Assembly: GCF_016432865.1 (NCBI RefSeq)
Contig: NC_067403.1
Span: 252,836,001-252,900,000, forward strand
From: Antechinus flavipes
Taxonomy: Eukaryota
Direction of reading: 5' to 3'
Length of the DNA stretch: 64,000 nucleotides
A program made the position numbers and the translations under genes. The notes beneath the pieces were generated by a model. The model saw only the letters and a list, made by a program, of their open reading frames with translations, was not told where the DNA came from and searched no databases. Shown piece by piece: positions 20,001 to 32,836 of this stretch (position 1 is its first letter; every line of letters starts with the position of its first letter).

Positions 20001-23000
20001 AGTTCAATATTTTATGAATCTGCATATTCCTTTAAGTGTATAGTCCCTGTCACGTAGTAGACATTTAATAAACACTTAATGAATTGCATTACATGCAGCT
20101 TGATTCATTCTGGGTTTGTCTTTTTTTCTTCCAGCTTTTTGCCTTGTCCAGGCACAGTATTGTATCTCCCTGCGTGAGTAGTTCATTGTCAAGACGGTTT
20201 TATCGAGGGGACAGCCCTGCAGACTCTCAAAAAGATATGCTTGAAATCTCCTTACCCCCATGGGAAGAGCGAACAGACGAACCCATTGAAACCAAGAGGG
20301 CTCGCCTGCTTTACGAGAGCAGGAAGCGGGGCATGCTGGAGAACTGCATCCTCCTCAGGTAGGGACATGGGAGCCCTTAGGCCACCTGTCAGAGTACAGG
20401 TGGAAGGATCTGCTCTTGTTGCCTGGGACCACTCAGCCCCTCTGAATCACCTTTTTTCCTGTCTTCCTTTAGTCTCTTTGCCAAGGAGAATCTGCACCAG
20501 ATGACGGAGAGGCAGCTGAACCTCTATGACCGACTGATCAATGAGCCCAGCAATGATTGGGATATCTTCTACTGGGCAACAGGTACTGCCACGTGGCAGT
20601 CACGTCCTGGGGATCTGAGCCTGGACCAGGGACCTGGGTTCCAATGTGATGGTCACAAGCTGTTTCTGAGCCAGGCATCCTCTGTGAAATGACAGGGTTG
20701 GTCCGGAAGGCCCACGGGCCCTTCTGCCTTGAAATCTGTGCTCCCTTGGTGAACACCTAGCACACAGCAAAACGGTTCTTGGGAGCTAGCTGATGCCACG
20801 AAAAAACTGTTCTCCTGGGTTCTTGACCAGAGCTCAGCCCGTGATTTTTAGAGTCAGCAAATTTCACTGGTTATCTGCTCTGACTTCCAGTTTTGTATCC
20901 GGAGAACTAGAGTCTTAAAGAGAGAGTAACTCCTGGCTCTCCCTGGGGTATCAAGCTGCCCCTTGTATTTCAACTCCTAGAGCAGACACAGTAATCCTGG
21001 CCTTTGATTCGTCCCCATCATGCCACATACGTGGACATAGAAGGCGTCACCATACAGGTTAGAGCTGGGGGTGGGGAGGGACTACCTTCCTTAGGGTTTC
21101 AGTGACTTGATGAGGCTCACATGAACAGTGGCCAAGCCAAGCTGCAAACCCAGATGGTCTGGTTCTCCAGCCAATGTGATTACGACTTCCATGTGAGATG
21201 GGCCTGCTGCCCTTTTAGGCAGCCTGTGGGACAGGCATAAAAGAACATTCTAAAAATTAATCCTGTTTTATGTTTGAGCCTTGTCTTTTCATTCAGACAA
21301 GTTCTGTTTAATTTGTTGGCTAAGCATAAAATAATATATATTGTTACTTGGAGAACCTGAGATCTTGTCAATATGAAGACTCCTGTAGTAGCTCCTATTT
21401 TTTTGGATGCCGCTAGTGTCCAAGAAAGAGCAAGAGTCAGAGACTCTGAAGAGCTGGCTTTGGTTCAAATCCAGGTTCTGCTACTAATTCTTGTGATTAA
21501 GGTTACTTGGCCCCTTGGTCCTCAGTGTCCCTAGATGTAAACAAGGCGATCAGAGGACTCTAACATATTGACTTAATTCTCTGGAGCATTTCTGGAGAGG
21601 CATGAATACCAGGGAACCGGAAGACAAAGAACTCCTCTTCCTACCTTATTATCCAAGCTCTCGGTTACATTTCCAGAGCACTCAGGTTCACAAAATACTT
21701 GCCTGGGAGTTCGAATTTGTCCCTTTTTTACAGATGAGGAAATTGAGGTTCTAAAGTAGTGGGACTTGTCCAAGGCTACCCCTGTCACAAGTTATCCACT
21801 GGGATGGGAATTCAGTTGGCCTCACTTCCAAGCCCAGGGTTCTTTCCACTAAACCACACCAGTGTTAAACACTGTGCACTCAGTGCTGCCTAAGAACTAA
21901 GCATGAATATCGCCATTGTTCTATTGACAACAAAAGAATGAAAAAGTATTTGTTAAGTGCTAAGTCGTACGTGGTCCTGTTCTAAATCTTGGGGATACAT
22001 TTTTTTTTTTTTAATAACAGGTTTTTCCCTAGTTACATCTAAAAACTTTTTTACTTTAAAAAAAAAAAAATTGAGTTCCAAATTGTTTTCTCTTCCTCCA
22101 TCCCCCTCCCCCCCAAGACAGCAATTTGTTATAGATTATACATCTTTAATCATGCAAAACATATGCTCATATTAGTCATGATATAAAAGAAAACCCAAAG
22201 GAAATGTAACAAGTGAAAAATAGTATGTTTCTATCTGCATTCAAACCGCCTCAGCTCTTCCTTTGAAGACTGAAAGTTTGTTTTTTTTGCTGAGGCGATT
22301 GGGGTTAAGTGACTTGCTCAGGGTCACACAGCTAGGGAGTGTTAAGTATCTGAGCTAAGATCTCAACTCGGATTCCCCTGACTTCAGGGCTGGTGCTCTA
22401 TCCACTGCACCACCCAGCTGCCCCTGAAAGAATTTTTTATGATGAGTCTTTTGAATTGTCTTTGATCAAAATAGCTATTATTCGCAGTTCTTCGTCTTAT
22501 AATATTGCTGTCACTGTACAGTGTTCTCCTGAACTCTGCAGTTCATGTCCTTCCAGATTTTTTGAAATCAGACTGCAATATTATTTTTTAGTATTCCATT
22601 ATAATCAATACCAAATCGTTCAGTCACTCCCCAATTGATGGGCGTCCCCTTGATTTTCAGTTCTTCAAAACCACAAAAAAAAAAAAGAGCTGCTATAATT
22701 ATATTTGTACAAATAGCTCCTTTTCTCCTTATTTTTAATGTCTTTGGGAAACAACTATTAATATTGCCGAGTCAAAGGGTCTAACTCTTTGGGGATAGTT
22801 CCAAATTGCTCCCCAGAATGGTTAGATCAGTTCACAATTCCAACACTGCATCAGTGTCCCAATTTTTCCACATGGGGATACATTTAAAAAGCTAGAAAAG
22901 CCCCACCTTCAAGGAACTTCTATCCAACAGGGAGAGACAAAGGAGTGAGATTGCTGTTCTCAGAAAGAACTTCTTAGAATATGAAAGTAGCTGGCACAGT

Positions 23001-25788
23001 CTTCCCAGGTTCTAGCTATGTGATTTGTTTGTCCATGAGCACCGCTGCAATTGAAGTTTTAACAACAAGCTGAGCTAAGGCAGATCTCAGAGCAAGATTC
23101 TGGCACGTATGATGTCAATAAATGGGTCGGCGGCTTTGTTCTGTTAATGCCAGAGATGCTGAGTAAAAGAACAGTCTTATAGAGGAGGGTAGGTGACATG
23201 GCGTTAAGGACCACATGGTTGTTGACAGAGCTGAGGTATAGGGAACAGCATGATTGGAAGTTTGGTAATGGGGGATAACGTCCTCTCCTGAGACTAAAAA
23301 ATGCTTTCTGTTTGAGTTCAGATGTGAGGTGGTGTCTCAAGACTGTACATGTGTGTGTAATATACATGTGTATTCATTTTTTAAACATAGTTCCTTATGA
23401 GTCATGTTGGGAGAGAAAAAAAAAGTGAACATAGAATGGGTTTGTGTATATTCTGTCTCTGTTCTGTGAATGCAGATTTTCTATCCAAAGCTTACTGGGA
23501 TTGCCTTGGCTCGTTGAACCGCTAAGAAGAGCCAAGTCTTTCATAGTTGATCGTCACAAAGTCTTGCTGTTATTGTGTATAGTGTATTCCTGGTTCTGCT
23601 TGTTTCATTCAGCATCAGTTTGTGTAAATCTTTCCAGGCCTTTTTAAAAACCTTGTTCATCAATTTTTTGGGAACAGTAACACTCTATTACCTTTATAGA
23701 GCACAGCTTATTCAGCCACCACAAAAAGAGCTGCTAAACATTTTTGCACATTTGGGTCCCTTTCCTTCTTTTGTGACTTCTTTGGCATTATAAACTTTTT
23801 TTGATGAGCCAATTGGGGTTAAGTGACTTGCCCAGGGTCATACAGTTAGGAAGTGTTAAGTTCTGAGGGCAGATTTGAACTCAGGTCCTCCTGACTTCAG
23901 GGCTGGTACTCTCTCCACAGCCACCACCTAGCTGCCCTGGCATCATAGACTCTTAAATAGCAAAGCAGACATCCCTTGGAGGATAGCCTGGGTGGCATAA
24001 AGACATCAGATCCAAAATCCCTCGATTTCTCACACAGTCCCCAAGATTAGCAAGACATGAGCAGGAAAGCTGGATTTTTAAACTTAACACATTATATCCC
24101 AGCTGAAGACTGAGCTAAGTACAGAGACCAAGAATCGTGATTGAAGGTCAACAGATATGAATGGGCAGTTTTTCATCTATCCATAGTCATGAAAAAAATA
24201 CTCTAAGTCATTATTGATTAGAGAAATGCAAATTAAAACAACTCTGAAGTATCATCTCACATCTATCTATCAGATTGGCTAATATGCCAGAAAAGGGAAA
24301 TGAGAAATATTAGAGAAGTTGTGGGAAAATTGAACACCAATGCGTCCTTGGTGTAGCTGTGAACTGATCCAACCATTCTGGGGAACAGTTTAGAACTACG
24401 CTTAAAGAGCTATAAAACTGCATATTCTTTGATCCAACAATATCACTACTGGGTCTGTATCCCAAAGAGACCGTAAAAAATGAACAAGGACCCACGTGTA
24501 TAAAAATGTTTATAGCAGCTCTCTTTGAGGTGGGGAAGAATTAGAAATTAAGGATCCCCATCAGTTGATGAATGATTGAACAAACTATGTTACTTGAATG
24601 TAACGGAATATTATTCTACAAGAAACGAGTAGTTGGATTTCAGAAAAACCTGGAATGATTTACATAAACTGATGCTGAGTAAAATGAGCCGATCCAGCAC
24701 ACATACAGCCAAAGCAACATTGTGTGATGCTCAACAATGATAGACAGTCCCCCAAGACAATTCTAACAGACTCATGATAAAATCTCTATATCCAGATCAG
24801 GAATTTTGGAATCTGAGTGCAGATCAAAGCATATTGTTTCACTATGTTTTATTTTTTTTCTTCCTTGAGTTCTATTCTTTCACATGACCAAAATGGAAGT
24901 TTGTTTAACGTGATGCATTTAATATATAATCCCTATCAGATGGCTTGCTGTCTTGGGGAGGAGGGAAAGAAAAAATGGAAATCAAAATCTCATAAAAGTA
25001 AATGTTAAAAACTCTTTACACATGATTAGAAAAAAGTAAAAGATTATTTTAAAAAAAAAGATTCATGACCTAGGCAGTTAACAGGATAAAAACAGCCACT
25101 TATAAATAGGGTTGATAAGAAAATGACAAAATCAATTCTAATCTCAGGGCCATCTGTGTGCAAGGCACCCTGTGATAATAGTAATAAATCACCACAGCAA
25201 ATAATAATAGCAAATGTCACATACTGTGCACCAGGAACTGTGCTAAGCACTTTCCAAATATTATTTAATCCTCAACAAACCTGTGAGGTCAGTGCTATTA
25301 GTAACTCCATTTTATAGTTAAGGAAACTGAGGTAGACAGGTGGATTGACATGCCCAGGGTCACACAATTAGGAAGAAGCTGATTGAACTGGGGTCTTCCC
25401 TAACTCCAGGCAGGCTCAGTGCTGTCCACTTGGGCGCTTCCCACTTTCCTCCCCCATAGCTTTTCAAAGTCCCTCTCTGAAAAAAAGGCGCCGGCTGGGG
25501 AGTTTTATACCTGCTGAACACAAGGGGAAACATCCTCAGTCCCACACTCAGTCCCCTCAGTGGGGGGGCCTGGGGTTGCTGATGCCAGAGGCAGCAAGCC
25601 CCAGTCAGTGCAGGGCCTGGGCTCTGCCTTATCCCCTTGCCATCTCTTATTCTGCAGAAGCAAAGCCAGCCCCTGAGATCTTTGAAAACGACGTCATGTG
25701 GATGCTGAGAGACTTTGCCAAAAACAAGAACAAAGAGCAGAGGTTGCGGGCCCCGGATCTCGAGTACCTCTTTGAGAAACCGACCTGA
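17034..25788 (+). CDS. SDHAF2: SDHAF2, spliced CDS join(17034..17069,20135..20358,20473..20582,25658..25788), 166 aa
   Basis: Exons of 36+224+110+131 = 501 nt, the same sizes as recalled for human; Sdh5 core [22 protein letters not shown] and [19 protein letters not shown]. Confidence 0.97.
19627..19817. mobile_element. Non-autonomous hAT MITE, OposCharlie1 (OC1)-type, 191 bp
   Basis: TIRs CAGGGGTCCTCAAACT / AGTTTGAGGATCCCTT; perfect 8-bp TSD CTCTATAG at 19619-19626 and 19818-19825. Confidence 0.85.
20135..20358 (+). CDS. SDHAF2: SDHAF2 exon 2
   Basis: TTTTTTTCTTCCAG| acceptor; AG|GTAGGG donor; 224 nt. Confidence 0.96.
20473..20582 (+). CDS. SDHAF2: SDHAF2 exon 3
   Basis: CTTCCTTTAG| acceptor; G|GTACTG donor; 110 nt. 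Confidence 0.96.
21990..22870 (-). mobile_element. Old L1 3' fragment with a nested SINE
   Basis: L1 3'UTR and ORF2-tail similarity, interrupted at 22277-22424. Confidence 0.7.
22277..22424 (-). mobile_element. WSINE1-type CORE-SINE
   Basis: Reverse complement starts GGGGCAGCTGGGTGGTGCAGTGGATAGAGCACCAGCCCTGAAGTCAGG and ends in an A tail. Confidence 0.8.
23370..23990 (-). mobile_element. Old L1 3' fragment with a nested SINE
   Basis: L1 3'UTR/ORF2-tail similarity, interrupted at 23800-23938. Confidence 0.7.
23800..23938 (-). mobile_element. WSINE1-type SINE with degenerate 16-bp TSD
   Basis: GGCATTATAAACTTTT (23784-23799) versus GGCATCATAGACTCTT (23939-23954). Confidence 0.8.
24140..25040 (+). 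mobile_element. Old L1 3' fragment in SDHAF2 intron 3
   Basis: CTACTGGGTCTGTATCCCAAAGAG ORF2-tail motif and 3'UTR similarity to the other copies. Confidence 0.8.
25658..25788 (+). CDS. SDHAF2: SDHAF2 exon 4 coding part ([14 protein letters not shown]...LEYLFEKPT*)
   Basis: TTATTCTGCAG| acceptor; TGA at 25786-25788. Confidence 0.96.
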
Positions 25789-25938
25789 CTTTATTCCGGC
25801 CTTGCCCGGCGCAGGGCAGGACCCTAGAAGGACAAGCGTCAGGCCCTGGTCCTGGCTGCCAATACCCTGCTGCTGCTCGCCACCGTGCCCGACTGCAGAG
25901 GGCCCCATTTCCCAGAGCATGTCACTCGCATCACTTGT

Positions 25939-25944
25939 AATAAA
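25939..25944 (+). terminator. SDHAF2 polyadenylation signal
   Basis: AATAAA 150 nt after the stop, followed by GT-rich sequence. Confidence 0.7.
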
Positions 25945-27999
25945 AGGACTCCTTGTGTCCGCTTGCACAGCCTCACTGGTGGTTTGTCTATGTCTGCGTG
26001 GCCCGGCCCTCTAGAATACACCCCAAGAGCTCCTAATAAGAGAGGAAGAAGCCCAGACGAGACCCTCCCCGAGTCCAAGGCTCCGTTTATGCAAAAATCT
26101 TGCTTCCTACTTGCAAGGAGTTGAGAACAGTTCTGTTTCCAAAACTGAATGTTTTCTTCAGTTTGGGAACTCTCTTCATGACTATAAATCACTGCCCTTC
26201 TGCCCTCTACCCACTGGTCTGCACTTTGGGCTACTGGTCTTCAGCTGGGGTCTGTCTATTGATAAGCCCTCCCAGAGCCTGCCCCTCCTGGCAGAGTGAA
26301 AGCCTCCCTGGCCACCCTGGCATAGAAGGGGGACTATAAGGGAGAATACCCAGAGTTGGCATTTCTAAACTCATCCCAAGTTCTCAGACAGCTGAACCTC
26401 TGATGGCCTGACCAATGAGCCCAGTAGGAGCAGGACCGTCTGTCATCCGGCACCAGCAAGACCTCCAAGGTGGCCCAGGGCATCGGCTTGGCAGCTGCAT
26501 CTGACAGACTGGCTCTTGTCTGGCTCTGGGGGACTGGGGGAAACTTTCCTCCCCCTCCCCACCCCGAGTTTCTCCCTCCCCTGACAGTTATGTGTGTAGA
26601 GGAGGAAAGAGGGTTAGTGATTTGTCGTTGGGGAACCCGGATCTAATGCCCTTTCTGCTGGCGTCATCCCCTGTGCCCTGCAGGAGGGAACACAGGTGAG
26701 CAGAGGAGGCACCGGCCGGAAAAGCCTTCGCTCCCATCCCAACGAAGTAGATCCCTGATTGGCTGATCGCAAAAGAGCTGGGGATTTGGAGTCCAGGAGT
26801 GCAAAGGTCTGGATTCCAGTCCCCCCAGTGAGAAGCCACTGAACTTAGTAGTTTGAAAAATGGAGGTGTTGATTCCCGGCTTCCCCTCCCAAGAATCTGA
26901 ACGAATGCCCCCGTCCCATACCCTGGAGAATATAAACTCCTTGGGTAGGCAAGTTTGTCATCTTTGGGTCCCCAGATCCTTTGCCTGACAAGTAGTAGGT
27001 GCTAGACAAACACTACACTGCATCTGGCCAAGGGAATAGTTAGGAGCTTGTGATGGAAGAGAAGATGCGGTGTGAATAAGCAAAGTGCTTAGACTCAGCA
27101 TAACCCTCACTGTCGGGGTGTCTGCATATGAAAGAGGCAACAGGAAGGGATTCTGCCTGGTTTGGGACCGGGGGAACAGTCACTGGGAGTGGGGTCCCCA
27201 GGGATAGTCTGTGTGTCCCCATTCCCCCCCATTCTTAATGGTCATCACAAAGGCAGCCGTTGACTCCCGCTCCTCTGTGATTCCAGGGACTTTTTGTTTC
27301 CCAACTGAGGTCCAGGGACCACCAGCCATCTTCTGGGCCCGGCAGGATGGGAAGGCCTTGACCACCTGACCGTACAGACCCCCATCGCCTCTTTTTTCAG
27401 CTCCTGGGACAATTTCCACCCCCCTTCATGCCCAGAAATTATTCCCACCTGTCTGGAGTGTACACATACATGCAACCTTCTATCCCTGTCACTCTCCCTC
27501 TCTTCAAGGGCCAGTTAAAGGCTTGTTGAGCCTTCCCTCAGCTCCCAGCTGAGATGGTTGGCTCCCTCAGATTTTTCATGGCCTCTTTCCTAAAAGATTC
27601 GCTTGCCCCAAATGCATTTATGTCCTGCTATATACCATGAGTACGTCCCTATGTCACCTGTTAAAATTCCAAGTTCAAGGACAGAAACCGTCCTTTTAAT
27701 TCTTTGCATTCCCTAAATTGGGCTCGGGACCTTGTCCTTAGTTGATACTTAATCATTGCTTAATTGAAGTTCCCTCAGCCTTCATTGCCTGGCTAGGTCA
27801 GTGGTATTGCCATGACAACCAAAGGGAAGTTGAGCCAATGCAGTGAGCAAGAATGCAAGAAAATAACTTCTTGAGGAAGTTTTTACCCAAAAACATTACC
27901 GGGGCCCATTTAGCTTTCAATCCTGCTGTTTTATTTACTTATTTATTTATTTTATAATTTATATTTTTTATGACCTTTTTTTTTATGGATCAGGACAAC

Positions 28000-29916
28000 T
28001 GGAGATGGGTCTGGATGCAGTGGGAGACCTTGGCCTTTTTACGTTAAGGTCCTCGACAGGTTTCAGTCTGAGGCAGTTCCCTATCAGTAATTAAGGTTAG
28101 GTAGAAATTTTTTATTTTATTTTTTTTTTTTAATTTTTTTTTTAATTTTTTATTTAATAATTACATTATATTGACACTCATTTCTGTTCCGATTTTTTTT
28201 TTCCCCTCCCTCCCTCCACCCCCTCCCCTAGATGGCAAGCAGTCCTTTATATGTTGGATATGTTGCAGTATAGGTTAGGTAGAAATTTGAGGCAAAGAAT
28301 CCACCTAAAGTTCAAAAAAACAATCTGAATAAATGAATGAATGAATAAATCTGGGAGGGAAAGACCCTCACAATTTCTGGCCAAAACAGAAATGATTAAA
28401 CTCCTTACCTAGGATCTTGGGATTTAAAGCCAGACAGAACTTTAGAGACCATCCAGTCCAGTCTTACGTTTTGGCACATAAGGAAGCCCAAGCCCAGAGA
28501 GCTTAAATGACCTACTTTGGGGTAAGCATTGGACCCAGAATGTGTATGGAGGTGCTTGGGCTCACCCAGCTAAGAAGTGTAGGCAAGATTTGAACTCGGG
28601 TCCTCCTGACTTCAAGCTGGTGCTCTATCCCCTTTGCCACCTAGCTGCCCCTGGTCCTGCTCTTTTAAAGGGAGAGGAAGATCCAAAAGGTCACATCAAC
28701 AGAACAAGACTTAAGGAACATGAGATAAGAGCCAAAGGGAAGTCGAGCCCAGCCTGTCCAAACCTCTTAGTCAGTTACCACAAAAATCCAATGATTTGCC
28801 CACTTGGTGGATGAGGAAAAATGAGATCCAGCAGATCTTGGTGTATATATCTCGTGGGAAATCGGTAGTAAAGTTTCTTGCCCAGAAGGGAAGGGACTTT
28901 GGAAGGCACTAGTCTGCCCCTCTGTTGTGCAGCGTCTGGATGATAGGTGCAATGTAAACAGTTTTCCCGTTTATTAGACATTAAATAAAAATAGGCCATC
29001 TACAGTGCATTTTTCAGAATTATTAACAAACATATATCCGGTGCCAGGAACACACCAAGGAGCTGTAAGGAGCAGAAACTAGGTTCAGCCTTTCCGCTTT
29101 GACAAATGGCTGCTCATTTACCCTTGCGCACACAACCCACGTGCTTTCAAAACTTGGGTCTGCTCAAACTCCAGCTCCTGTGCATCTGCCCCTTAAGCTT
29201 CATGGCCCAGGCTGCTGCTGGGTAAATGTTGCCTGCGTCCAGGGACCCTGAATCCTGCCTGGCTGCCCGTCTCCCCTAGAAGAAGCAAAGGGTCGTGGAA
29301 AAGAGCACTGGGATTAGAACGGGCTCTTAGACTTATTAGCAAGGGGAACTTGGGAAAATGACTTCTTCAAATGCCTCAGTTTCCACATCTGTGAAAAATA
29401 AGCACAGTAATAGTTGTTTGTCCTTTGTTCCCCAAGAAGATCAGGAGATCAGGGAGGGAATGTCAGGATAGGCAAGTGAATTGGCTTTAAATCAGGGAGG
29501 GTGGGGTAAGGTCACCAGCCTCACCTGCTCTGGGAGATGGCCCCAGATGCAATGAGAGGCCTTGGCCCATTTTAGGCTAAGGTCCTCAACAGGTTTCAGT
29601 CTGAGGCAGTTCCCCATCACTGAGAAAGGCTAGGTAGAAACTGAGGCAAAGAATCCACCTCAAGTAAAAAAAACAATCTAAATAAATAAATGAATGAATA
29701 AATCTGGGAGAGGAAAACCCTCACGATTTCTGGCCAAAACAGAAATGATTAAACCCCTTACCAAGGATCTTGGGATTTAAAGCCAGACAGAACTTTAGAG
29801 ACCATCCAGTCCAGTCTTATATTTTGGCACATAAGGAAGCCCAAGCTCAGAGAGCTTAAATGACCTCCTTTGGAGTAAGCAGTGGACCCAGAATGTGTAT
29901 GGAGGTGCTTGGGCTC
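28000..29916. repeat. Local direct duplication (about 28000-28563 and 29532-29916)
   Basis: Shared composite of different repeat fragments; copy 1 carries the extra L1 insertion. Confidence 0.85.
28111..28271 (-). mobile_element. Severely truncated young L1 3' end with A-rich tail
   Basis: 17-bp TSD AGGTTAGGTAGAAATTT at 28094-28110 and 28272-28288; nearly identical to the 3' end of the 32837 copy. Confidence 0.88.
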
Positions 29917-30826
29917 CCAATCCAGTGCTTTTTGTAAAGTTTAGAGCATGTGACAGATGAAATCCAGAGAAGCTGAGGAAAGAAAGGCTTGAGCTTCCAA
30001 GCATGATCAATCTATTAAATCCTTCTTGCGGATTGCGGAACAAATTGGGAGCAGACCTCATAATCTTGGCACTGAGCCCCCAGTACAGGAGAAGACCAAT
30101 GTTTTATTTAAAAAAAATAAGCAGTATACAAGATTAGGTAATGTGATTTCTAATTAGAACTGCGAGTTGGGAGGGTGAGAGTGAAGGGACCCAATTCCCT
30201 GAAATCAGAAAGTCACTCCCTCCCCCAAGCATGTGTATTCAATCAAAGGGACGCAGAAACAATAACTACTTGACTAATACAGGGCCAGTTTTCAGATAAG
30301 ATATATGAGTTGCTTGAGCTACATAATTAAAAGAAAGAAAAAAAAAAAAAAAACAACTTCCATGCATCAATCTTTGGTGCAGGTAGAGGTCATCCAGCTT
30401 CCTAGCCGCACAAGATTAGGTTCAAATGATGCAATCAAGTTTTCTCACAATTCCCAGAATTGAAAAGTCTTCTCACAACAGAAATTGGACTAGAACCATA
30501 ATTGAATAGAAAGGGAACTGAACTGGATCCAGAATTGAGTCACAAGATAGAGTCAGCGTGGTTCATTCAATTCCCCCAAGTGCTATGTAAATGTGAATTA
30601 TTCATATTCTCTCTTCTTGGTTTTTGTTATTTTTTAAAATGCTAGGGTATTTCTGGGTCCCATAATACAGCTTCATTTCAGAAGAGCCAGAAAATTCTTC
30701 CTCATGGTTTTCTAACAAGAAACGCACAATGTTCTACTCTCTTGGAAGACCTTATTAGCTAAATTCACATTTGAAGAGTTCTTCAGTCCATCATCTACCT
30801 GCTGCCTTATTTCCAACAAGGACTGC

Positions 30827-31004
30827 NNNNNNNNNNNNNNNNNNNNNNNNNNNNNNNNNNNNNNNNNNNNNNNNNNNNNNNNNNNNNNNNNNNNNNNNNN
30901 NNNNNNNNNNNNNNNNNNNNNNNNNNNNNNNNNNNNNNNNNNNNNNNNNNNNNNNNNNNNNNNNNNNNNNNNNNNNNNNNNNNNNNNNNNNNNNNNNNNN
31001 NNNN
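30827..31004. other. Assembly gap (N run)
   Basis: Ns in sequence. Confidence 1.
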
Positions 31005-31329
31005 ATTTAGAGTCTAGCTAAGACTGTCTCTAAAAACTTCCATTTTGAGGAAGTTTACCCACCTGTCTTCCTTACTCCCAAATCTACATAGTCTTGCCAC
31101 CTTCTCTCCCACTCATCTTTTTTTCAGGTTTCTTTATGTGGAATCTTCCATCATGTAAATTAAAGCTCCTTGAAAGCAAAGGCTATCTTTTGCATTGCTT
31201 ATGTTTATATCTCTAATGTTTAGCACAGTGCCAAGTGCATAGGAAGAGCTGAAGACATGTCTGGAGAACTGTCCCGCCGGTAACAGTGACTTCATTTACC
31301 TTTAGGCCAATCTCAGCACATTGAAACTT

Positions 31330-32570
31330 GGGGAAGTCGCCAGCTTCTGGGATAAGAACTTACTATTTGACAAAAATTTCTGAGAAAATTAGAAAACATA
31401 CTGGCAGAAACTAGGCATTGATCAATACCTAACACCCTATATCAAGATAAGATCTAAAAGAGTTCATGATAAAGACATAAAGACTAACACTATAAGCAAA
31501 TCAGGAAAACAAGAAGCAGTTTACCTCTTACATCTGTGGAGAAGGAAGGAATTTATGGCCGAAGAAGAACTAGAGAACATTAGGAATGCGAAATAGATCA
31601 TTTTGATGATATTAAATTAAGATGTTTTTGTACAAACAAAATCAATGCAGCCAAGATTAGAAGGGAAGCAGAAAACTAGGGAAAACATTTTACAACCAAA
31701 GTTTCTGATAAAGACCTCATTTCTAAAATTTGTAGAGAATTCACTCAAATTTATAAGAATACAAGCCATTTTCCAACTGATAAATGGTCAAAGGATATGA
31801 ACAATTTTCAGAAGAAGACATTAAAGTCATCACCAGTCATTGAAAAAATGCTCCAAATCACTACTGATTAAAGAAATGCAAATTAAGACAACTCTGAAGT
31901 AGCACTATACACTTCTCAGATTGGCCAAGAAGATAGGAAAAGAAAATGACAAATATTGGAGGAGATGTGGGAAAACTGGGACACTAACACATTGTTGGTA
32001 GAGTTGTAAACTGATCCAGCCATTCGGAAGAGCAATTTGGAACTATGCCCAAAGGACTATAAAACTGGACATACCCTTTGATCCAGCAGTGTTTCTACTG
32101 AGTCTGTATCCCAAAGAGATCTTAAAAGACAGAAAGGGACCCACATGTGCCAAAATAATTTGTGGCAGCCCTTTTTGTAGTGGGAAGAAGCTGGAAATTG
32201 AATGGATGCCCATCAATTGGAGAATGGCTAGATAAGTTATGGTGTATGAATGTTATGAAATATTATTGTTTTATAAGAAACGATGGGCAGGATGATTTTA
32301 AAGAGGCCTGGAGAGACTCACATGAACTGACACTAAGTGAAATGAGCACAATCAGGAGATCATTATACACAGCAACAAGATTATATGATTAATTCTGATG
32401 GACGTGGCTCTCTTCAACAATGAGGTGATTCAGGACAATTCCAATAGACTTGGGATGGAGAGAGCCATGAGCATCCAGACAGGACTATGGAGACTGAACG
32501 TGGATCACGACAGTATTTTCTTTCACCTTTGTTGTTTGTCTGATTGTTTTTTTTTTCTTTCTCTTTTTTT
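31330..32570 (+). mobile_element. Older L1 ORF2 3' part and 3'UTR
   Basis: Decayed ORF2 (MAALFVVGRSWKLNGCPSIGEWLDKLW...) followed by a marsupial L1 3'UTR. Confidence 0.85.
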
Positions 32571-32587
32571 TGGGGGGGGGAGGAGGA

Positions 32588-32730
32588 GGGCAGGTAGGTG
32601 GCACAGGGGATATAGCACAGGTGGATCTGACTTCAAATCTGGCCTCTGGCACTTAACACTTACTATCTGTGTGACCCTGAGCAAGTCTTAACTCCAGTTG
32701 CCTTGCCAAAAAAAAAGAAAAGAAAGAAAC
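32588..32730 (+). mobile_element. WSINE1-type SINE, internally deleted
   Basis: GGGCAGGTAGGTGGCACAG head, GTGTGACCCTGAGCAAGTC core, A-rich tail. Confidence 0.7.
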
Positions 32731-32836
32731 TTGCAGAAAAAGGCCTAAGTCCAGTCACCTAGATCTAAGTCTACCCTTTAAGAGCATAGGACTGGAAGCT
32801 AAAAAGGACTCAGAAGCCATCAGAACAACTCATTTT

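Noticed and set aside
22277-22424. tRNA-like A/B box sequence in SINE heads
   Set aside because: Part of CORE-SINEs; no cloverleaf, so not tRNA genes
30790-30826. AVLVGNK, resembling a small-GTPase G4 motif
   Set aside because: Lacks the NKxD aspartate and is followed by a stop
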